Shown: in pieces, positions 8,994 through 19,600 of the stretch
Layout: the number at the start of each line of letters is the position of its first letter
Numbering within the stretch: the first letter of the stretch is position 1
Origin: Patescibacteria group bacterium UBA3466
Lineage (GTDB): Bacteria; Patescibacteriota; Minisyncoccia; Phycocordibacterales; UBA918
Reading direction: 5' to 3'
Assembly (NCBI GenBank): GCA_002378195.1
Contig: DFRJ01000002.1
Coordinates: 22,911 to 86,910 of the forward strand
DNA: 64,000 nt
Notes under the pieces: model-generated
What the model was told of the DNA's origin: nothing
The model's input: the letters and a program-made list of their open reading frames with translations, nothing else
The model's database searches: none
Made by a program: the position numbers and the translations under genes

Positions 8994-10016
8994 TTAGTTG
9001 GAAAACAGAACTGTTTCAACAAAGCCATCATTTAGGCTATTTTCATCGGTGTTTTCGTAGGTCATTACTTGGAAGGCGTGTGATCCGGTGTTGGGGGTAG
9101 GGAATCCAACTGTAATCACGGCGCGCTCGCTTGGGCCTAGTGGGTCTTGTCCTCCTGATCGGTAGGTTTCTCCAGAAGGGAGCGTTACAGCGTAAGTCCA
9201 GACATTAGAAGTTTTGAGTCCCAAGTTCTTAACTGCAAACTGAATTGCGCCACTATCTCGTCTTTCAATTTGTCCGGGTACAAACACGTTTGAAATGATG
9301 TTTCCGCTAGCTATAAATTGAGTTGCAAGATCGGTTCGCTTTACCGCATCAATGATTGGAGTCTGGTATTCCGGTTCCTCAACCGATACTGCTGGAGTAG
9401 ATGGCTCTGGGTCAACTGCCACTTCTGGTTCTGGTGTGTCTTCAGTTTGTTCAGATTCTGGCTCAGTCTCCTCATCGTCGTGACTAATAGTACTGTTTAC
9501 TACAGTGTAAGATGAACCGCCTCGTCCATAAGTATGATTATTTTCAGTACCGATCAGTTCGATGTCGTAGTAGATGTTTTCGTAACGATTCTTTTCTGAA
9601 GAGGTTTCCAGGGTTAGATTGGTAGTATTTCCAATATCATAACTAGTGTCGCATGATACTCCGCGGGCGTTACCATTGTTATCAATGATGTTTAGAGAAA
9701 CACCATCAGCACAGTCGTAAGAGAACATGTAGCTACCATCCACGTTGCTAGCATCCCAAGATAGGGAAGTGAATTCTCCAGCTGTAATGATGCTCTTGCT
9801 GCTAGCAATAATAATCTCCTCAGCCTCCATTTCTTCAGTTGGGACAGCTCGCTGGTTGATGCTCTCTGCTAGAGAAGCTAATGAGGAAAAAGCTCCGGGA
9901 ACGAAGCTTACTAGCTGTACAGATAGCCAAGCGATAGCGAAAATCATACTAATAAAAGCTATCACCGCGACTGGCTTAGAGAAGGTGTTGTCCTTCTTGT
10001 TTGATTCGTTACTCAT
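8994..10016 (-). CDS. Membrane-anchored extracellular protein with a C-terminal CARDB/Ig-like domain
   Basis: N-terminal TM, acidic Pro-rich linker, DL...F.VKNLG...L.P.E...DE....ND pattern. Confidence 0.6.
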   Translation of the reverse strand: MSNESNKKDNTFSKPVAVIAFISMIFAIAWLSVQLVSFVPGAFSSLASLAESINQRAVPTEEMEAEEIIIASSKSIITAGEFTSLSWDASNVDGSYMFSYDCADGVSLNIIDNNGNARGVSCDTSYDIGNTTNLTLETSSEKNRYENIYYDIELIGTENNHTYGRGGSSYTVVNSTISHDDEETEPESEQTEDTPEPEVAVDPEPSTPAVSVEEPEYQTPIIDAVKRTDLATQFIASGNIISNVFVPGQIERRDSGAIQFAVKNLGLKTSNVWTYAVTLPSGETYRSGGQDPLGPSERAVITVGFPTPNTGSHAFQVMTYENTDENSLNDGFVETVLFSN

Positions 10017-10156
10017 AGTTCTTAGAAACTACCACGATTGATGTCTTTTGTCAATATACAATCGGCGGTATTTTGCGTAGTCTTCCTGCATAGAAAAGTC
10101 ATAACATTGACATTATTATTAATCATGTTATTGTATGTGGCGTTTAATTAGTAAAC

Positions 10157-10897
10157 ATGAATAGCTTCGAAAAAATTTGGCAGCAGAAGTATACGTTTCT
10201 CGGAACGTTTTTTATCGTGTTTACTATCTCTTATTTGTTTTTGGTGGCGATTGATTTTCTTCCAGAGGAACCTCAGGCTATTACTGAGGTAGAAGAGGAG
10301 GTGGTCGAGATGGCTGAACCAGAGGAAGTGCCAGAAATGGTAGAGGATGAGGTGATTGAGCCTGATCCAGAGCCTGAAGTGGTTGAGGCAGTGGCTCCAG
10401 TAGCTGTTTCAGCACCTGTTTATACTGCACCAGAGCCAGTGGCGACTATTGATCAATCTGCTTTACCGCTAAAAATTACAATTGAGCGATTAGGTAAGAC
10501 GGTTCAGGTACTTAACCCGAATTCGCGATTAGTGAATGATTTAGATGCTGCTCTCCTTGATGGAGTGGTACGTCACCCAGATTCAGCCAATATGTTACAA
10601 GATGGAAATGTCTTTATTCTTGGCCACTCCAGCCACTTGCCGCGTGTTTTCAATAAAAATTTCCAAGCTTTTAATGGTATCGAGAGCTTGCAGTGGGGAG
10701 ATATTATTAGGGTTTATACCTCAAACGCTGTTTACGATTATCGCGTAGAAAAGGTTTATGAAGCTAAGGCCACCGAGCTGGTGGTGCCAATTGCTGGTAC
10801 TGGAAAGATGCTGACTTTGGCTACTTGCAACAACTTTGGCAGTATCGAAGATCGATTTATCGTGGAGTCAAAGCAGGTGAATGTGACACCTTTTTAA
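10157..10897 (+). CDS. Sortase
   Basis: N-terminal TM anchor, linker, and catalytic His (ILGHS), Cys (LTLATC) and Arg (EDRFIV). Confidence 0.9.
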   Translation: MNSFEKIWQQKYTFLGTFFIVFTISYLFLVAIDFLPEEPQAITEVEEEVVEMAEPEEVPEMVEDEVIEPDPEPEVVEAVAPVAVSAPVYTAPEPVATIDQSALPLKITIERLGKTVQVLNPNSRLVNDLDAALLDGVVRHPDSANMLQDGNVFILGHSSHLPRVFNKNFQAFNGIESLQWGDIIRVYTSNAVYDYRVEKVYEAKATELVVPIAGTGKMLTLATCNNFGSIEDRFIVESKQVNVTPF

Positions 10898-10907
10898 GGG
10901 GTGGCTA

Positions 10908-10936
10908 TTGACAAATTAGTATTTATACGATACAAT
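10908..10936 (+). promoter_or_regulatory. Sigma70-type promoter for the surface protein
   Basis: TTGACA-17 nt-TACAAT. Confidence 0.7.
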
Positions 10937-11070
10937 ATAAAAATAAGTAGGACTTTGTAGCAGGTCCACGTTCTCTATTAAAATATCGTTATTTCGTAGG
11001 CTTGATTACTCTTGCGTATAAAGGTGTAGGTGAGAGTATAAATCTTATGAATAATACTAAGTTAACAATT

Positions 11071-13683
11071 ATGAAAAAGACATTTAACACAATCGCTCAC
11101 ACGATGGTGATGTTGTCATTGATGCTTTCTGGTTTTGCTACCCCGATTACGGCAACAGCTCAAACTAGTTCAGAAGGAGGATCTCTTTCTACCGGAGGTT
11201 TGACTACCGGAGGATCAGTTTCTATTTCTTGTAGCATTTCAGCCAGTAGCGAAAATATCACTAGTGGCGGCGATGTTGAAATTACCTGGAATACTAGCGG
11301 TGCAGATAACGTCACTATTAATGGTGAGGTCGTTGGTGAGTCTGGTTCTAAGATGTATCTAAACATCACAGAAAATACCTCGTTTAATCTGGTGGCCACA
11401 GTTGATGGTGTGACTTGTGATAAGACGGTTACTGTTTACTGTGAAGCGCCCGAGTCTCCGGTAGGCGACTGTACCCTTACACCAGCTACCCAAACTATCA
11501 CTCGAGGTGAGAGCGCAACTCTAACCTGGACTTCAAACGGTGGTAGCGGAGTGGTATTCGACAATGGTCTTGGAAACCGAACTTCTGATGGTTCGCTTGA
11601 CGTTAACCCAACTGTCACCACCACCTACACCCTAACCGTTGATGAAGGTCTGGTAGTGTCTCCACACGTACCGAAAACTTGTTCAGCTGAGGTTGTAGTG
11701 GTTGATACTGTTGCACCGACTTGTGATTCATTCGTAGCTAGTCCAGATGTGATTAATACTGGAGCAACCACAACTCTAAGTTGGGAGACTACAAATGCCT
11801 CTCAAGTAACTATTAGTGGCGTAGGAACTTTTACTGATGTAGACAGTTCAACCGAGGTGGCACCTTTAGCGTCAACTGTATATACCATGACAGTGTTTGC
11901 AGCTGATGGCCAAACAGACAGCTGTACTACTCCGGTGGTTGTGTCAGAAACTCCGGTTCCAACTTGTGTATTTAATGCTTCACCAAACTCACTGGGTATT
12001 GGTGGGGGAGATGTCACTCTAAACTGGAGTGTAGAGAATGCCTCTGTAGTTGAAATCACCCCATCTGTTGGTGTGGTGTCACAACTAACAGGTTCGCAAG
12101 TGGTTAACGTGTCAGCGTCAACAGATTTCTCTTTGACTGCTACTAATGACGAAGGTGTTCAGGTAAGTTGTCCGGCGCCAGTCACTGTAGCTACTACAGA
12201 CGTACTAACTTGTTCAGATATCACTTTCACTGCTAGTGATTACTCAGTAGATCGAGGCGATAATGTAACTCTAAACTGGGATGCTAGTGCTGCTGATTCA
12301 GTATTTATTAGTGAGATTGACGCAACTGTATTAGTTGGTTCTGAAGCGGTAGAAATTACTGAAGACACTGATTTCGTGTTGACTGCAACTAAAGACGGTA
12401 ATCCGATCAGCTGTCCTATCACTGTCGAAGTCGAAACCGGCGGAGGTGGCGGCGGAGGAGGTTCTGCTTCACCACGTTGTGAACTAGATATTTCAGACTC
12501 ACGAATTTCTCTAGGTGAAGAAATCACTCTAAGTTGGGAAACTTCACGAGCTCGTGACATTACAATTATTGATGACGAAGGTGATGTGTTGTTTACAACC
12601 GACGACATGCTATCTGACGATAAGGAAGACTACCTAGATGGTGAAATTACTATCATTCCAACTCGAGATACTGAATTTACTCTAATTGCTGAACGTGGTT
12701 CACGAGACCGAGAATGTACAGTTGATGTTGAGGTTTCTGGTTCAGTGACTGTACTACAAACCCGAGATCAGCAACCACTAGTAGCTGGTATCTCACTTAG
12801 CCAAACTCCTTACACTGGTTTCGAAGCTGGTCCGTTTATGACAATGATGTTCTACCTACTACTAGTGGCGTGGGCATTGGCTCTAACTTACTTACTGGTC
12901 ATCCGAAACAAGACCGAGGTGGTATTAGAAGGAGGTCAGGTGAATATTACTGAAACTAATACTGATGCCATGACTAAGGCTAAGGAAGTGCGACCTGACG
13001 TGTTTGTGGAGTCAGTAACGCCACAAGTGTCTGGATCAGTAATGCCAACTAATCTACCAACTGGCGCACCAGTAATCGGTACTAATCCGCACGTAGCTGA
13101 TGATGCAACGGTGACTGATATTGAAAACCGTGCCCACGAACAGAATGCGTTATTGTCTAGTGACGCAATCCGACACTTTATTGGTACCACTGAAGGAGGT
13201 CTAGAACGGGTAGCGGCATTAGATGAAGTCATTGCTGCTGCAAAGTCTGAATACGCATTAGAAGATGGTTGGATTGTAATTAATGAGTCTCGAATGAAAG
13301 ATCTTTGTATTGTCTGTCAAAACAATGCAGCAAAGGCAGAAGAAGATCAGGAAGAATTCGTGCTAGCAACAGTTCCGCAAGGTTCTGGATCACTAGCGGA
13401 AGCAATTGTGACCGGGAACGTGGTGGCTGCTTATGACATGATCGGAAACCGACCAATGTTTGCTCTAGCTGATGCTGCAGCTGACCTTGATGCGGTATAC
13501 CGTAGCCGAAAGGGCGATCAGGTAGAGGTCTCAAGTCTTCTTCAAGAAGAAACTAAGAATCTATCAGGTGATCAGATCAAGAATATGATCGCAGCTCTGA
13601 CTGGAGCTATCGATGGTACTTACACCGACGAAGCTTCAGCGGTTAAGATGGCTATCATGAAGGCCGTAAAGGAATTAGGATAA
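11071..13683 (+). CDS. Large surface protein: signal peptide, about six Cys-flanked Ig-like repeats, TPYTG sorting motif, TM helix and a cytoplasmic domain of about 260 aa
   Basis: Repeats of C....S...I..G..VTL.W....A..V.I...T.F.L.A...C; LSQTPYTG followed by a hydrophobic helix and RNK. Confidence 0.8.
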   Translation: MKKTFNTIAHTMVMLSLMLSGFATPITATAQTSSEGGSLSTGGLTTGGSVSISCSISASSENITSGGDVEITWNTSGADNVTINGEVVGESGSKMYLNITENTSFNLVATVDGVTCDKTVTVYCEAPESPVGDCTLTPATQTITRGESATLTWTSNGGSGVVFDNGLGNRTSDGSLDVNPTVTTTYTLTVDEGLVVSPHVPKTCSAEVVVVDTVAPTCDSFVASPDVINTGATTTLSWETTNASQVTISGVGTFTDVDSSTEVAPLASTVYTMTVFAADGQTDSCTTPVVVSETPVPTCVFNASPNSLGIGGGDVTLNWSVENASVVEITPSVGVVSQLTGSQVVNVSASTDFSLTATNDEGVQVSCPAPVTVATTDVLTCSDITFTASDYSVDRGDNVTLNWDASAADSVFISEIDATVLVGSEAVEITEDTDFVLTATKDGNPISCPITVEVETGGGGGGGGSASPRCELDISDSRISLGEEITLSWETSRARDITIIDDEGDVLFTTDDMLSDDKEDYLDGEITIIPTRDTEFTLIAERGSRDRECTVDVEVSGSVTVLQTRDQQPLVAGISLSQTPYTGFEAGPFMTMMFYLLLVAWALALTYLLVIRNKTEVVLEGGQVNITETNTDAMTKAKEVRPDVFVESVTPQVSGSVMPTNLPTGAPVIGTNPHVADDATVTDIENRAHEQNALLSSDAIRHFIGTTEGGLERVAALDEVIAAAKSEYALEDGWIVINESRMKDLCIVCQNNAAKAEEDQEEFVLATVPQGSGSLAEAIVTGNVVAAYDMIGNRPMFALADAAADLDAVYRSRKGDQVEVSSLLQEETKNLSGDQIKNMIAALTGAIDGTYTDEASAVKMAIMKAVKELG

Positions 13684-13696
13684 TTTCTTACGTATA

Positions 13697-13731
13697 AGAA
13701 AAGGCCGACCCCTTCGGGGTCGGCCTTTTCT
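13697..13731. terminator. Bidirectional terminator (GCCG family, cUUCGg loop)
   Basis: AGAAAAGGCCGACCCC-TTC-GGGGTCGGCCTTTTCT. Confidence 0.9.
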
Positions 13732-13751
13732 AATGAACATCATCCAATCTA

Positions 13752-15497
13752 TTATATGTTCTGCTCTTCATTTAGTTTCACAATCAGCTCGTCAAGCGAG
13801 AGTGATTGTGATTCTTCCTGGTCTCTCGACTCAAGAGTAACCTGATTAGCTTCTATGTCTTGGTCGCCAATCACGATGAAGTAGGGAAGCTTGTCCTTTT
13901 TCGCTTGTCTGATCTTCTTACCCATTGATTCTTTGGAGTCGTCAAAGGTGATTCTAAAACCAGCCTCTTCAAGTCTGGTGACTACATTTTGTGCGTACTC
14001 ATTGTGAGCTTCTGCTACAGGAATCACTGCTAGTTGCACGGGCGCGATCAAGAGTGGGAAGTTACCAGCTAGGTGTTCGATTAGTACTGCCGTGAATCTT
14101 TCTAGTGATCCAGCAATGGCTGCATGAATCATCACGATGCGTTCTTTTTCTCCGCTTTCGTTAACACAGGTCAAATCAAACCTTTCGGGCAGGTTACGAT
14201 CGGCCTGAATGGTGGCTACTTGATGTTTGCGTCCAATTGAATCGTGGGCGATGAAGTCTAGTTTGGGAGCATAGAAGGCAGCTTCACCTTCTTCAATGTA
14301 GTATTCGCAGTCACGACTTTCGGCAATTTCTTTCAGGAGGTTTTGCGCGTCATTCCATTCTTCATCAGTACCGATATAGCCGTTAGTATTTTGAGAATCT
14401 CTAAACGAAAGTCGAACCTTTAGATCAAAACCAAAGGTGCCATAGAAAGTGTCGATAATATCCCAGATTGATTCGATCTCCTCACGTAGTTGGGATTCTC
14501 TACAAAATACATGCGCATCGTCCTGAGTGATTGATAACACTCTAGTCAGACCAGCCAGTTCTCCTGATTGCTCAGCCCGATATACCATAGTGGTTTCGGC
14601 AAATCGTTTCGGCATCTCCTTATATGAACGGGGAACTGAATCGAAGATTTGCGTGTGACACGGACAATTCATCGGCTTCAGCACGTACTCCTCGCCGTCG
14701 CTATCTTCTTTAGCGCGTACCTTGAACAAGTCTTCACTGTACTTTTGCCAGTGGCCAGAGGTCTCATACAAAGCTTTCTTGGCAATGTGAGGAATTGTCA
14801 CCATTTCGTAGCCACGTTCTTTTCGTAGTCTTTGGACAAATTTGTCGATCTCTTGTCGTAACACAGTTCCTTTGGGAGACCATAAGGGTAACCCTGGCCC
14901 GACTAAATCAGAAAAGGAGAATAGGCCGAGCTCTTTTCCAAGCTTACGGTGGTCGCGTTTTTTAGCCTCTTCCATTTGAGTTTCGTAGGCTTCCAGCTCT
15001 TCTTTGGTGTCAAAGGCGATACCGTAGATGCGGGTAAGCATAGGATTTTTCTCGTCACCGCGCCAATAAGCACCGGCGATTTTATCGAGCTTGAAAGCAT
15101 CCATGGCAATATCCTGACTCGGATTTTCAGCGTGACCACCGCGACATAGGTCGGTGAAACCACCGCAGGTATATAGTGTGATGGATTCACCTTTCTCAGC
15201 GATTTCATTTATGAGTTCCAGTTTGTATGGATTGTTTTGATACATTTCTCTCGCCTCGTCAGCTGAGACTTCTTTGTGTTCCCATTCTGTCCATTTGTTG
15301 ACCATCTTCTTCATGGCCTTTTGAATAGCTTTCAGGTCAGCATCACCTGGCGCCTCACCATCACCAAAATCAAAGTCATAGTAAAAACCGTTGTCGATCG
15401 GGGGGCCGAGGGTGACTTTGGCTTCTGGGTATTTTTCTAACACTGCTGCCGCCAAGAGGTGGGCGAGAGTGTGTCGTTTCTTTTCTGATTGTTCCAT
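13752..15497 (-). CDS. thrS: Threonine-tRNA ligase
   Basis: RHTLAH, DLCRGGH, GAYWRGD, RDHRKLG, KPMNCP, QDDAH, GEAAFYAPK, GSLERF. Confidence 0.97.
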   Translation of the reverse strand: MEQSEKKRHTLAHLLAAAVLEKYPEAKVTLGPPIDNGFYYDFDFGDGEAPGDADLKAIQKAMKKMVNKWTEWEHKEVSADEAREMYQNNPYKLELINEIAEKGESITLYTCGGFTDLCRGGHAENPSQDIAMDAFKLDKIAGAYWRGDEKNPMLTRIYGIAFDTKEELEAYETQMEEAKKRDHRKLGKELGLFSFSDLVGPGLPLWSPKGTVLRQEIDKFVQRLRKERGYEMVTIPHIAKKALYETSGHWQKYSEDLFKVRAKEDSDGEEYVLKPMNCPCHTQIFDSVPRSYKEMPKRFAETTMVYRAEQSGELAGLTRVLSITQDDAHVFCRESQLREEIESIWDIIDTFYGTFGFDLKVRLSFRDSQNTNGYIGTDEEWNDAQNLLKEIAESRDCEYYIEEGEAAFYAPKLDFIAHDSIGRKHQVATIQADRNLPERFDLTCVNESGEKERIVMIHAAIAGSLERFTAVLIEHLAGNFPLLIAPVQLAVIPVAEAHNEYAQNVVTRLEEAGFRITFDDSKESMGKKIRQAKKDKLPYFIVIGDQDIEANQVTLESRDQEESQSLSLDELIVKLNEEQNI

Positions 15498-15604
15498 ATA
15501 TTTTCTTTTGAGTGGTCATTTATTGTGTCGGGCGCACGTCATTGTAGTGAGGATCGATAATGCGAATGTTTCTCTACACAGACACCACGGCACTCGGATA
15601 CAGT

Positions 15605-15748
15605 GTTTATTAATTCTAGACTTTTGACAGACATTGCGCAGTTCAATTTGCTTGGTTCGTACTTATTTGTACGAAAATTGAACGAGCATAGCGCCGAGTC
15701 CGCAGGAGACGAGGACGCGTGTCTGGAGAATGTCTAGAATTAATAAAC
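15605..15748. repeat. 144-bp element with 17-bp terminal inverted repeats (MITE-like) in the thrS leader
   Basis: GTTTATTAATTCTAGAC at 15605-15621 and GTCTAGAATTAATAAAC at 15732-15748, with nested internal stems. Confidence 0.7.
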
Positions 15749-15768
15749 TAAATGATTAACTGATAAAT

Positions 15769-15948
15769 AAAAACGTCCGAGTAAAAATACGACAAAGTCA
15801 TATTTTTACTCGGACGATCCAAATACTATTGGACGCGGTTCCACCGAGTTTCTAAGTCAGTATGCCAACTTAGCACTTCATTGTTACAGATTAGGGAAGT
15901 AAACTTCCGACTTGGCCCAGCGGTTGGTAGCCACTGCAATCTCTGTAC
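15769..15948 (-). promoter_or_regulatory. T-box riboswitch (Thr) with antiterminator and terminator
   Basis: T-box GGTGGAACCGCG at 15845-15834; CTCGG/CCGAG antiterminator; 16-bp terminator 15774-15816 with U tract; ACC codon in a hairpin loop at 15918-15936. Confidence 0.88.
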
Positions 15949-15953
15949 TAACA

Positions 15954-15982
15954 ATCTTATGACCGAAGATAGTTTCTGTCAA
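15954..15982 (-). promoter_or_regulatory. Sigma70 promoter of the T-box/thrS transcript
   Basis: TTGACA-17 nt-TAAGAT. Confidence 0.8.
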
Positions 15983-16033
15983 ACGAAAACCGGTCCACAG
16001 GGTGGACCGGCGACGATTGCTGACAAGTTCAGA

Positions 16034-16573
16034 CTAGCTGATAGTCATGCTCGCACAACCCTTCACAGTTGTCGGTAAGTCGGCAGGTGATCTATACCAT
16101 TTATTGCGCAGATAAGTCACTGACTCATACAGCTGCCAGAAAGCATTTTTTTGTTTATTAACTTCTTTGCTGATCTTCCGAGCTTTCTCAATATGCTCTT
16201 CATTTGAATCAGGACCAAGGGAGGATTGCCAGTCCGTATTGAGCTCGAATTGTTGCTCCAGTTCCTGTGCGGCAGTTTTCAGACCAGTTTCCAGGAATCT
16301 TAAGCCTGCTTGGCGACTTTTCTCACTTTCGCCAAGAACAGCGGCGACAATTTTGTAGTGAGCCGCGGCTTCTCTGATGAAAAGCATCTCGATACTAACG
16401 CCAATGAAAAATATGCAGTAAAAGCTGCCAGATATTGACAGCAATAAAGAATCCATTCGAATTCTTGCCATATAAAACACTAAGACAGCTGACGGCACTA
16501 TTACAGCGCACAACCAGTAATTAAACAGACGGTTGTAGTCAAACACGCCCACGCTCGGTACAGGTATTTTCAT
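16034..16573 (-). CDS. Orphan protein with two TM helices
   Basis: 179-aa ORF with GGAG SD, upstream TTGACG-17-TATTGT promoter and downstream hairpin CCGGTCCAC/GTGGACCGG. Confidence 0.6.
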   Translation of the reverse strand: MKIPVPSVGVFDYNRLFNYWLCAVIVPSAVLVFYMARIRMDSLLLSISGSFYCIFFIGVSIEMLFIREAAAHYKIVAAVLGESEKSRQAGLRFLETGLKTAAQELEQQFELNTDWQSSLGPDSNEEHIEKARKISKEVNKQKNAFWQLYESVTYLRNKWYRSPADLPTTVKGCASMTIS

Positions 16574-16686
16574 TGTTAAGAACTCCGTTCATCTTGCCAA
16601 CATGCGGTCCAGTTTTTCTGGATCGGAGACGTTTTTCGACTCGCAAGATTATCGAACAATACAACTTAATGTGTCTAACGTCAATA

Positions 16687-19600
16687 CTATTCTGGTCGAT
16701 CCGGTGGTGTTTCTAAATCTAGGGTTTGGGGATCAAGAGGTTTAATTTTATCGATCAGAATACTCGGCTCGTCATTGCGGAAATTAAGCTTACCTTTAAT
16801 TGCTACGCAAGTACCAGGCTCAAGTAAGTCTTTATAGGTGGTGTATGTTTCAGGGAAGGTGACAGTTTCTATACTGTCTTTTTGGTCTGATATTTTTACA
16901 AAGGCCATGCGGTCGCCTTTTTTGGTTAGTAGTTCTTTGACTATTTCTACTAGACCCGTGGTAACGACGGTCGTGCCTTTGTAGCCCTGCTTAACTTCGG
17001 CGATTTTAGGGCGTTTATCAGTTTCGGCTTGATGAGCATCAAGCGGATGTCCAGATACATACACTCCAAGTAGCTCTTTTTCCCAGAGTAATTTTTGGGT
17101 AGTGGTTGCTGGCTGTGAGGCTTCGAGAGTGAGACCGCTGACTTCTTCCATTCCGCCAAATAAAGAATCTTGATTGGATTCCTTGCCGGCTACATGCTCT
17201 TTATTGTAAGCCAGTAGGTTGTCTAGATTTGCAAACAAAACTCCTCTTTCGTCGAAGTTATCAAAAGCGCCAGTGGTAATCAGAGCTTCCATTGATTTTT
17301 TGTTTAGCCCACGGTCGTGGATCCGGCTCAAGAAATCCTGCATTGATGCAAAAGCGCCATTTGCTTTTCTTTCCGCAATAATGACATCGGCGATACCAGC
17401 GCCAAAGTTTTTGATAGTAGTGAGTCCAAAGCGGATAGTTTCTTTTCCTGGCACAACTGAAAAGTCAGCGAATGACTCGTTGATATCAGGTGGCAAAACG
17501 GTGATATTCATGCGCTCACACTCGTGAATAATTTCGGAGATTTTTTCTGTGTCACCAGAGTCAGCGGTCAGAACCGCAGACATGTATTCGACTGGATAGT
17601 TGGCCTTCATGAAGGCTGTTTGGTAGGCAACCCGTCCGTATGAGGCGGCATGAGCTTTGTTGAATCCGTAGGCTGCAAAAGGTTCAATTAGTTTCCAGAG
17701 CTCCTCAGCCTTTTGAGCAGTCATGCCATGTTCGATCAGACCGTTGAATAACTTGTCTTTTTCGGCAGCCATGATCTCTGGCACCTTTTTACCCATCGCT
17801 TTACGAAGCTTATCAGCCTCGAGCCACGAATAACCAGCCAGCTTAATGGAGATCATCATCACGTCATCTTGGTAAGTGATCACCCCGTAGGACACGTCAA
17901 GAATTTCTTCCATTCGTTCATCCATGTACGACACTAAAGCTGGATTGTGCTTACGTTCGATATAGGTCGGGATCATTTCCATTGGTCCTGGGCGATACAA
18001 AGCCACCATCGCGTTGATATCGTGAATAGTAGTCGGCTTTAGTTGCTTTAAGAAGGCTGTCATACCCGAACCGTTTAGCTGGAAAAGACCCATGGTTTCA
18101 CCGCGAGCCAACATGTCAAAAGTTTTTTGGTCGGCGAGATCGATATTTTCAATATCAATATCAACGTTGTGAATTTTTTTTACTCGCTTTACGGCATCAG
18201 CTAAGATAGCTAAGTTTTTGATGCCAAGGAAGTCAAACTTCAAAAGGCCGACTCCGTCTTCTCCAACGCTGTGCATTTCGTATTGAGTGATGTACTTTCC
18301 AGTTTTGGGGTCGGGCTGAATTGGTACGTACTCGTTTAGTGGTGCTGGAGCAATCACTACACCGGCGGCGTGCACTCCGAGGTGTCGAACCCGACCTTCA
18401 ATTTGTTTAGCTAGATCAATCACTTCACGGGACTCTGAATCTTTTTTGTACAACTCAGCCAGCTCGGGTTCAATATCGATGGCGCGGTCGATGGTCATTG
18501 GAAAACCTTGAGCCCCAAGCGGTATCAATTTAGCGATGCGGTCACCAGTAGCGTATGAATGTCCCAGAGCGCGAGCTACGTCACGTACAGCCGCGCGGGC
18601 CATCATGGTGCCAAAAGTGCCGATTTGCGCGACGTTATTTTCTCCGTATTTTTCCTTGGAGTATTCGATGATTTCATCGCGTCGGTTATCGGCAAAATCC
18701 ATGTCGATATCAGGCGCTGACGGACGCTCAGGATTGAGGAATCGTTCGAAGGGAAGTTTGTACTCAAGTGGATTTACGTTGGTAATTCCGAGTACGTAGG
18801 TGGTCAGTGATCCGGCTACCGAACCACGAATAGTGGTAAGGATGCCGCGCTCTCGAGCTTCGCGTAAAAGATCGCCTACCACTAAGAAGTATTTGGCGTA
18901 ACCTTTGGTCTTAATGATGTCGAGTTCGTAGTCGAGTCGCTCGGTAACGCTCTTGTCGTTGGTGTCTAGTCCGCGCCATTTCACACCTTCGTACGAGGTG
19001 ACTCGGAGTTCTTCGTCCGGGTCGCGGCCACTTTCAATTTCGTAATTGGGAAATACCCAGGCATCCATACCGAGAGTGATTTCGACATTACAAGCTTCGG
19101 CAATCTTTACTGTATTTGAAATTGCTTCAGGTACGTCTTTAAACCACTCTTTCATCTCCGCTTGAGTGGTAAACGAAAAGTTGTCACTGGCATCATGGTC
19201 AGCGGTGGTGTCTACGACACCACCGCTTTGAATCTTGATCATGGTTTCGCGGGCCAAGCGATCTTCGGGCTTTAGATAATAAATATCGTGAGCGGCTACG
19301 AGGGGAGTATTGGTTTCCTTGGCTAACTCTTTAATCTTTTCTTGATTTTCTTGGTGGTCGAATATTTCTGGGTGGTGCGATATTTCGAGGTAACAATTTT
19401 CGGCAAAGACACTTTTGTACCAATCAAGACGTTCAGCGGCCTGTTCTGGGTTAACGTCTTTTAGCGCTTGAGCTACTTCACCAGCAAAAGAGGGGATAAT
19501 ACAAAATAAATCATCCTTGTACTCTTTCAAAAGCTCTTCATCAATTCGCGGTTTGTAGTAAAAACCTTCGATATTTGAGCGGGTGACGAGCGAGATAAGG

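Noticed and set aside
15975-16680. Integron cassette (GTTAGAC upstream of the orphan on the minus strand)
   Set aside because: The heptamer lies within a promoter spacer. No convincing attC with paired R and L boxes follows the gene, and no integrase is present.
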